Assembly: GCA_018334565.1 (NCBI GenBank)
Contig: JAGXLU010000004.1
Span: 13,909 to 77,908, forward strand
Source: Halanaerobiales bacterium
Lineage (GTDB): Bacteria > Bacillota > Halanaerobiia > Halanaerobiales > M55B127
Direction: 5' to 3'
DNA: 64,000 nt
Shown: positions 58,231-64,000 of the stretch, piece after piece
Layout of the letters: each line of letters starts with the position of its first letter
Position numbering within the stretch: the first letter of the stretch is position 1
Translations under genes and position numbers: made by a program
The notes under the pieces: model-generated
Databases searched by the model: none
What the model saw: only the letters and a program-made list of their open reading frames with translations
Told to the model about the DNA's origin: nothing

Positions 58231-59745
58231 TTAATTATCAAAACCCATAGTAGAAATTTTTACATACTTATCAGGTCTTGGTGTCCATTTTATATTTTCC
58301 TTCATACCATAAAGCTGCTGCTGATAATGCAACGGCAGATAAGCAACTTCTTCAATACCTATTCTTACAGCTTCCTGCATAATTTTTGATCGCTTCTCTT
58401 CATCAAGAGTCATAGCAGCTTCTTCTATTAATTTATCCACTTCTTGATTACTGTAATTACCAAGATTAAAACGGCCATAACTATCTTCTGGTGTATGCAA
58501 CAAACCATCTAAGAATTGGATTCCATCTCCTAAAGAATTTGTCCATCCTAATAGATAAAAATCAGTATTTCTTGATAATACTTTATCAAAATGGGCTGAT
58601 TTTGTCTGGACATTTAATTCTACATTAATACCTACACGTGCCAGTTGAATAGCAACCGCCTGAGCTATCTGACCATCATTCATATAACGGTCATTAGAGG
58701 AATCAAATTGAATTGTAAATCCATCTGGATATCCTGCTTCAGCAAGAAGTTGTTTTGCCTTTTCTGGATCATAAGGAACTCTCTTAACATCAGGATTATA
58801 TCCAAATATTGTATCAGGATAGAATTGTCCTGCCTTATATGCATGGCCATTCATAACATGTTCAACAATTGCATCTTCATTAATAGCATGATAAACCGCT
58901 TGTCTAACCTTTAATTTGGAAAATGGTCCCTCTTGAGTATTAACTCCTAAAAAGATCAATCTTAATCCCGGTCTTGTAACTACTTTAACTCCTTTAGCTT
59001 CTTCGACTCTTTCAACATCTTGTACAGGTAGATCCATTAATATATCTACTTCACCACTTAAAAATGATGATACCCTTGTAGCAGGATTTGAGATAGGTTT
59101 TAATATTGCTTTATCAACTTCTGGTTTTTCACCCCAGTAATCTTCATAAGCAGTTAGCACCATCTCTTCATCTTTTTCCCAGGAAGATACTTGATATGGT
59201 CCTGTTCCAACCGCATTATTTTGCAGGTGCTGATCACTATTAGCTTCAACATAGTCTTTTGAACAAATCAATATACGACCTATTTTCCTTGGTAAAATTG
59301 GATAAGGAAAATTTGTTTTTATTGCTATGGTATAATCATCTATAATTTCTATACTTTCTACTTGACCAACAGGAGATTTAAATTGAGATTTAGGATGGTT
59401 TTTAGCTCTTTCTATAGAGAACTTGACATCCTCAGCATCAAAATCATCTCCATTGTGAAATTTTACTCCTTTTTGTAGATGAAATACCCAAGTAGTATCA
59501 TCTTCAACTTCCCAAGAGGATGCCAATCCAGGCTGTATATCCATATTTTCATCAAGGTGTACCAGCCCTTCAAAAATATTCATTTGGACAGATATTGTTG
59601 GTGTCTCACTAAGCATAATAGGGTCAAGGGTTAAGGCGTCAGATGGAGTAGCAATAGTCATTGTCTCTGCTACTATAGTAAAATTTATCAACAATACAAA
59701 AGTCATTGTAACTAATATTAATCCAAACAATCTCGTCTTTTTCAT
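58231..59745 (-). CDS. ABC transporter substrate-binding protein, family 5 (peptide/nickel)
   Basis: 504 aa with a signal peptide. Paralog of 1892-3457. Confidence 0.9.
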   Translation of the reverse strand: MKKTRLFGLILVTMTFVLLINFTIVAETMTIATPSDALTLDPIMLSETPTISVQMNIFEGLVHLDENMDIQPGLASSWEVEDDTTWVFHLQKGVKFHNGDDFDAEDVKFSIERAKNHPKSQFKSPVGQVESIEIIDDYTIAIKTNFPYPILPRKIGRILICSKDYVEANSDQHLQNNAVGTGPYQVSSWEKDEEMVLTAYEDYWGEKPEVDKAILKPISNPATRVSSFLSGEVDILMDLPVQDVERVEEAKGVKVVTRPGLRLIFLGVNTQEGPFSKLKVRQAVYHAINEDAIVEHVMNGHAYKAGQFYPDTIFGYNPDVKRVPYDPEKAKQLLAEAGYPDGFTIQFDSSNDRYMNDGQIAQAVAIQLARVGINVELNVQTKSAHFDKVLSRNTDFYLLGWTNSLGDGIQFLDGLLHTPEDSYGRFNLGNYSNQEVDKLIEEAAMTLDEEKRSKIMQEAVRIGIEEVAYLPLHYQQQLYGMKENIKWTPRPDKYVKISTMGFDN

Positions 59746-59867
59746 TTTTATCTACTCTCCTTCTCAATACTCTTAATATGAAATATTAGCTATACTTTTA
59801 AATTTGATTATAAGAAAGATAAGATCCTAACTACTCTCTACTCACCCCCTAATATATATGTATGTAT

Positions 59868-60087
59868 TACAAAACCCCTATTCCCGGTTAAGGAAATAGG
59901 GGTACCATCCTTACAGCATAATTAATTACCTTAAAAAAGATAACCAGTCAGGATAACGGTCGACAACTCCGTCAAAACTTAATAACCTTTCAGTTAAGCA
60001 ACTCATGGGTGATTTTCAACGCAGAATCTTTACCGTTTCGCACCATCCCGGCTCTCTTTAAAAGATTATCTGAATCTACTACTCCCA
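59868..60087 (-). promoter_or_regulatory. T-box leader (tRNA-sensing riboswitch) with terminator
   Basis: The minus strand shows stem I with AGAGAG and the distal GGATGGTGCGAAACGG. The specifier-loop region is GTTGAAAATCACCCA. The T-box core is AAGGATGGTACCCC, overlapping the terminator CCCCTATTTCC-TTAACC-GGGAATAGGGG followed by TTTT. Confidence 0.65.
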
Positions 60088-60137
60088 ATCACAGTTATTT
60101 AAATATTTATAAATGTAATTATAATTATTTAAGATGT

Positions 60138-60166
60138 ATAATACCAAAATAATCTTATGATGTCAA
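60138..60166 (-). promoter_or_regulatory. Sigma-70-type promoter of the T-box/dpp operon
   Basis: Minus strand reads TTGACA-17 nt-TATTAT, about 50 nt upstream of the T-box stem I. Confidence 0.65.
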
Positions 60167-60346
60167 GAATTTAAAAGGATTAAATGTTAAAAAAATTTAT
60201 TATTATAATTAGTCCATGCATTAACTCTTTAGGTAAAACTTAAGATATATGCATTATTCTCCTATGAATAGTTAAAATATTTATCAACATTTTTTGTATA
60301 TTTTATCAATATTGATTTATATAAAAATCCATAAAATCAAATATAA

Positions 60347-60754
60347 TCACCGTTCTTTAAAGGTCCAATATCTGTTACCACCAAAATTAATAACGATTGC
60401 AATAATCATTGCTAAAACTTCTGAATATAATTCTAAAATATTAAATATTTCAATAAATATTGAAATATTGATTAATTTAAAACCTAAGGCTAAAATATTT
60501 ACTATTATAAATTTTATTAAAATCTGAGTAGAGTGCCTGTGTTTAAATGTCCACTTCAAATTCCAAAAATAACTATTAACTAAACCCATAAAATAACCGA
60601 TAGTACTAGCAAAAATATAATAAACTCCTAAAAATTCAAATAATAAATAAAAAGAAACAAGAGAAACAATAGTATTTGTTATACCTACAATTGAAAATTT
60701 TATAAATTTAATCACATCATTGCTAATCATTATCATTATCCTCATCAAAACCAT
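60347..60754 (-). CDS. GtrA family membrane protein
   Basis: 135 aa with 4 TM. FIKFSIVGITNTIVS N-terminus and C-terminal GNRYWTFK motif. Confidence 0.8.
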   Translation of the reverse strand: MVLMRIMIMISNDVIKFIKFSIVGITNTIVSLVSFYLLFEFLGVYYIFASTIGYFMGLVNSYFWNLKWTFKHRHSTQILIKFIIVNILALGFKLINISIFIEIFNILELYSEVLAMIIAIVINFGGNRYWTFKER

Positions 60755-61676
60755 ACTTTTCTTTTATAATATATTGTGGTCTTTTTTTTAATTCTTTATA
60801 AATCCTGCCTATGTATTCGCCTAATATTCCCAATGTTAATAATATTATTCCACCTAAAAATAGATTTGAAACCATGATTGAACTCCAGCCGATAATAGTT
60901 TTTTCTGTGAAGTACTTCAAGTAAATTATCCTTAATATGTAAATAAAACTAACTCCAGAGATTAAGAGGCCAAAAATAGTAGCTATCTTAAGAGGAAAAG
61001 TAGAAAAAGATGTTATGCCATCCAATGAAAATTTAATCATCTTAGATAGTGAATAGCCTGTTTCTCCCGCATTTCTTTCATCACGATCATATTCAATATA
61101 GGTCTGTTTAAATCCCACCCAGGTAACCAAACCTCTAATGAATCGATTTTTTTCAGGCATATTATTTAACTGTTCTACAACTCTCCTGCTTATTAACCGG
61201 TAATCACCAGTATCTAAAGGTATATCAACTTCCGATATAGAGCCTAATATCCTATAGAATAATTTTGCTGTTTTCCTTTTTAAAAAACTCTCACCTGCTC
61301 TGCTTTTTCGCTTAGCATATACTACATCATACCCAGATTTGTATTTATTATACATTTTTTCAATTAGTGCGGGTGGATCCTGTAAATCAGCATCAATAAT
61401 AACAGCAACTTCTCCTTGGACATGTTCCAGGCCAGCCGTTACAGCAACCTGATGACCAAAATTTCTTGAAAAATCAATTAATTTTATATTTTTATCTTGT
61501 TCAATTAATTCATGTATCTTTTTTACTGAACTATCTTCACTACCGTCATTGACAAATATTATTTCATAAGCAAGATTCATATCTTTTGAAATAACATCTA
61601 TAAGTCTTGCATATAAAGGACTAATATTCTCTTTCTCAAAATAAATAGGAACTACCACAGAAATATCTTTCTTCAT
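60723..61676 (-). CDS. GT2 polyprenyl-phosphate glycosyltransferase (GtrB/ArnC/DPM1-like)
   Basis: 317 aa. ISVVVPIYFEKENI, FVNDGSEDSS, IDADLQDPP, and two C-terminal TM helices. Confidence 0.85.
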   Translation of the reverse strand: MKKDISVVVPIYFEKENISPLYARLIDVISKDMNLAYEIIFVNDGSEDSSVKKIHELIEQDKNIKLIDFSRNFGHQVAVTAGLEHVQGEVAVIIDADLQDPPALIEKMYNKYKSGYDVVYAKRKSRAGESFLKRKTAKLFYRILGSISEVDIPLDTGDYRLISRRVVEQLNNMPEKNRFIRGLVTWVGFKQTYIEYDRDERNAGETGYSLSKMIKFSLDGITSFSTFPLKIATIFGLLISGVSFIYILRIIYLKYFTEKTIIGWSSIMVSNLFLGGIILLTLGILGEYIGRIYKELKKRPQYIIKEKYGFDEDNDND

Positions 61677-61678
61677 AT

Positions 61679-63289
61679 TTATTTAACTCCTTTAAAGTTT
61701 TTAATTACCAATATATCTCTATAGGTTTTTATAATCTCTAAGTTTTTAAAATCATCCTTTATCTTATTATAGTCTTCATCATCTAAAAAAGCGTAAACAA
61801 ATTCATTTGCTCTTAAATAATCTTTTAATTTATCTATATCTTTAATATAATATATTTTTGTCTTGGAATAAAATACTAAGCTAGCAGGTTCCATTTCAAG
61901 AGAACTTAACACCTTAACTTCATTTGTGATATTTGTTGGTAGAGCCCCGGCTAAAGTTTTAACTGGTTTAAACTCTTCTGCTAAAGGCATCACTAACGCT
62001 ATTATCAACACTAGAATAATATAGGCTACCGTGATATATGTAACTAACGATCTGTATTTTTTTTCTTTCCAGAAATATACTGAGTAACTTATAATTCCAC
62101 CCGCAATAAATATGTTCGGGAAATAAAATAAAATATCTAAAACTTTAAGATATTCCCTAAGATCTCTCTCAACCATAGGTCTGATATAATTTAATCCAAA
62201 TATCATAATCACGCCAATTAATATTAAAATTGTATTAGACACTAAAAGTTTTCTGATACCTTTACCTGTTTTAATTAACCTATCCCACCAGGCAGCAATT
62301 AATAAAGCAAAAGCCGGATATGCAGATAATATATAACCAGGTAATTTAGTACTAGCAATACTGAAAAATACTAATATTACAAAAATCCAGATTATTAATA
62401 ATCTGTACTTGTCTCTATTCCCCTTCCAATTATTTTTAATCATAGGTATAATCCACGGTATAAATGCACTCCAGGGAAACAGGCCTAAAAATAAAACAAA
62501 AATATAATAATACCAGGGTCCACCATGTGTTTCAATAGCTGTGGAAAAACGAGTCAGCATATGATAACCAAAATATTCTGTTAAAAAATTATTACCATGA
62601 TTAATATAAATTATTACATGCCAGGGAAGGACTATTAAAAAATATAAAAGAACAGATAACCAGGTTTTTAAATATTTAAATTCTTTTATTAAGGAAATAG
62701 GACCAATATAAAATAAAACTATCAAACCAGGAAGTCCTATTGCTATTGGACCTTTGGTTAATGTGCCTAATGCCATGGTTAAACCCATTAAGATATAATA
62801 TTTGCGATCTTTAGAAATACCGAGATAAAATAAGAATAAACTCGTTGTAATAAAAAAAGTTAAGGGTACATCCATATATAGTATGCGTGATTGTATTAAA
62901 TATTGAAAACTGGTACCTAAAATTAAACCTGTTATAATAGCAGTTCTTCTGTTAAACAAAAGTTTTGCAAAATAATACAAAATAACAATATTTAAAAAAC
63001 CAAAGATTACTGGGCCAATCCTAGTAGTGAGTTCACTTACACCAAATATACTATAAAAAAATGCTGTAACCCATAATATAAGAGGGGGTTTATCAAAACG
63101 AGGCTCAAAATTAAAATATGTATTTATATAATCATCTCTAAGGACCATTTCTCGAGATATTTCTGAATAGACCCCTTCGTCAAGATCCCACAAAGAATTT
63201 GTTCCTAAATTTATTGTATATAGTGGTAACAAAATAATTAATATTAATAATACAACCTGCCAATCCTTCCAGTATTCAATATTTAACAT
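61679..63289 (-). CDS. GT-C family glycosyltransferase (GT39/ArnT/PMT-like)
   Basis: 536 aa, more than 10 TM. N-terminal DEGVYSEISREM and FDKPPL motifs typical of ArnT/PMT-type enzymes. Confidence 0.8.
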   Translation of the reverse strand: MLNIEYWKDWQVVLLILIILLPLYTINLGTNSLWDLDEGVYSEISREMVLRDDYINTYFNFEPRFDKPPLILWVTAFFYSIFGVSELTTRIGPVIFGFLNIVILYYFAKLLFNRRTAIITGLILGTSFQYLIQSRILYMDVPLTFFITTSLFLFYLGISKDRKYYILMGLTMALGTLTKGPIAIGLPGLIVLFYIGPISLIKEFKYLKTWLSVLLYFLIVLPWHVIIYINHGNNFLTEYFGYHMLTRFSTAIETHGGPWYYYIFVLFLGLFPWSAFIPWIIPMIKNNWKGNRDKYRLLIIWIFVILVFFSIASTKLPGYILSAYPAFALLIAAWWDRLIKTGKGIRKLLVSNTILILIGVIMIFGLNYIRPMVERDLREYLKVLDILFYFPNIFIAGGIISYSVYFWKEKKYRSLVTYITVAYIILVLIIALVMPLAEEFKPVKTLAGALPTNITNEVKVLSSLEMEPASLVFYSKTKIYYIKDIDKLKDYLRANEFVYAFLDDEDYNKIKDDFKNLEIIKTYRDILVIKNFKGVK

Positions 63290-64000
63290 CCAATTACCTC
63301 ATCTCGTTTGTCTACAATCCAAAAAGGTTGTGACCATAATTTTATATTATCATTTGTGTTTATTACTTCAATCCTAATAAAACCTTCGTCTCCTCCGAAT
63401 TGATAAAAGGAATTATTAGATTTTTCACTTTTCACTATTTCATTTTTTTTATTTATATAATCTATTTTATATCTTTTATTAGTTTTGACACTGAGCTTTT
63501 TATTAAATATTTGAAACTCTGCATCTACTCCCTGAGTACAATAAAAACTTCCTCTATTTAAAGCTTTTTTTAAAGCTTTTTCTGTTATATTCTCTGTCTT
63601 AACCATCACCCAACTTTTGTTAATATCTTCTTTTTTATGCGTATCATCAACTGCAAGTGCCCAAATAGGTTTTTGGGGCCCATACTTATTTAGTAAGATA
63701 TGCCAGTATTTAAGATTAGATTTTTCATCAGAAAAATGATTATTTATTTCTATGAATTTAATATTGTTAAGCTTTAATAAAAACTCTATGTCCCATCTTT
63801 GTGTACCTAAACCACTAATTGTAGCGGGGTGATTAATAATATTTATATTAGTACTGTTTAATATTTCATCAACATCAGTTAATCTATTTTTTGATATTTT
63901 ACCCTTAACAAATAACCTATTTAAATGTCTTCCTAGCGGCCAGAATGGATCGATAATCGTCATCTCTTCACCAACAATTGTAATAAAATTTTCAGTATCA
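63283..64000 (-). CDS. PHP/CehA-like metallohydrolase, C-terminal part (ORF open to window end)
   Basis: The reading frame continues upstream of the listed Met to position 64000. The NHP...AVDDTHK... pattern resembles PHP-fold phosphoesterases. Weak assignment. Confidence 0.35.
   Translation of the reverse strand, partial: DTENFITIVGEEMTIIDPFWPLGRHLNRLFVKGKISKNRLTDVDEILNSTNINIINHPATISGLGTQRWDIEFLLKLNNIKFIEINNHFSDEKSNLKYWHILLNKYGPQKPIWALAVDDTHKKEDINKSWVMVKTENITEKALKKALNRGSFYCTQGVDAEFQIFNKKLSVKTNKRYKIDYINKKNEIVKSEKSNNSFYQFGGDEGFIRIEVINTNDNIKLWSQPFWIVDKRDEVIGC

Noticed and set aside
1-64000. CRISPR arrays, rRNA genes, long tandem repeats.
   Set aside because: Scanning the non-coding gaps showed no regularly spaced direct repeats and no rRNA-like sequence. 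The only repeat family seen is the intron-derived one.

Overview
AT-rich (about 30% GC by eye) chromosomal segment that looks like a low-GC anaerobic Firmicute. Clostridia or Halanaerobiales is a guess from gene content, not a proven assignment. I call roughly 60 protein genes, almost all on the minus strand, plus three tRNAs.

Gene content, left to right:
- A Dpp/Opp-type peptide ABC operon fused to the end of a complete tetrahydrofolate-dependent histidine-utilisation cluster (formiminotransferase, hutI, hutU, cyclodeaminase, hutH).
- A sirtuin plus SLOG-fold gene pair.
- An HU / PEBP pair.
- A DAK2-DegV (fatty-acid-kinase-like) fusion operon.
- mtnA, an M50 protease, and a degenerate RNase HII paralog.
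- csp with tRNA-Leu.
- Sugar genes: GH13, LacI regulator, MsmX-like ATPase, GH65 phosphorylase, beta-phosphoglucomutase.
- The Tex / S1 / DivIC neighbourhood.
- Two c-di-GMP proteins.
- A second Dpp-type operon with an amidohydrolase, preceded by a T-box leader.
- A GT39 / GT2 / GtrA envelope-glycosylation operon.

The most unusual content is non-coding and mobile:
- Three group II intron-derived RNAs lie on the minus strand, each directly behind a terminator-like hairpin. This is group IIC-style targeting.
- One of them is a compact ORF-less copy of about 620 nt, wedged inside the first ABC operon.
- The second carries a shattered reverse-transcriptase ORF.
- The third abuts a broken IS200/IS605 element.
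- Two further IS605-family (TnpA/TnpB) relics are present.

All homology statements are by-eye recognition of motifs. No searches were run.
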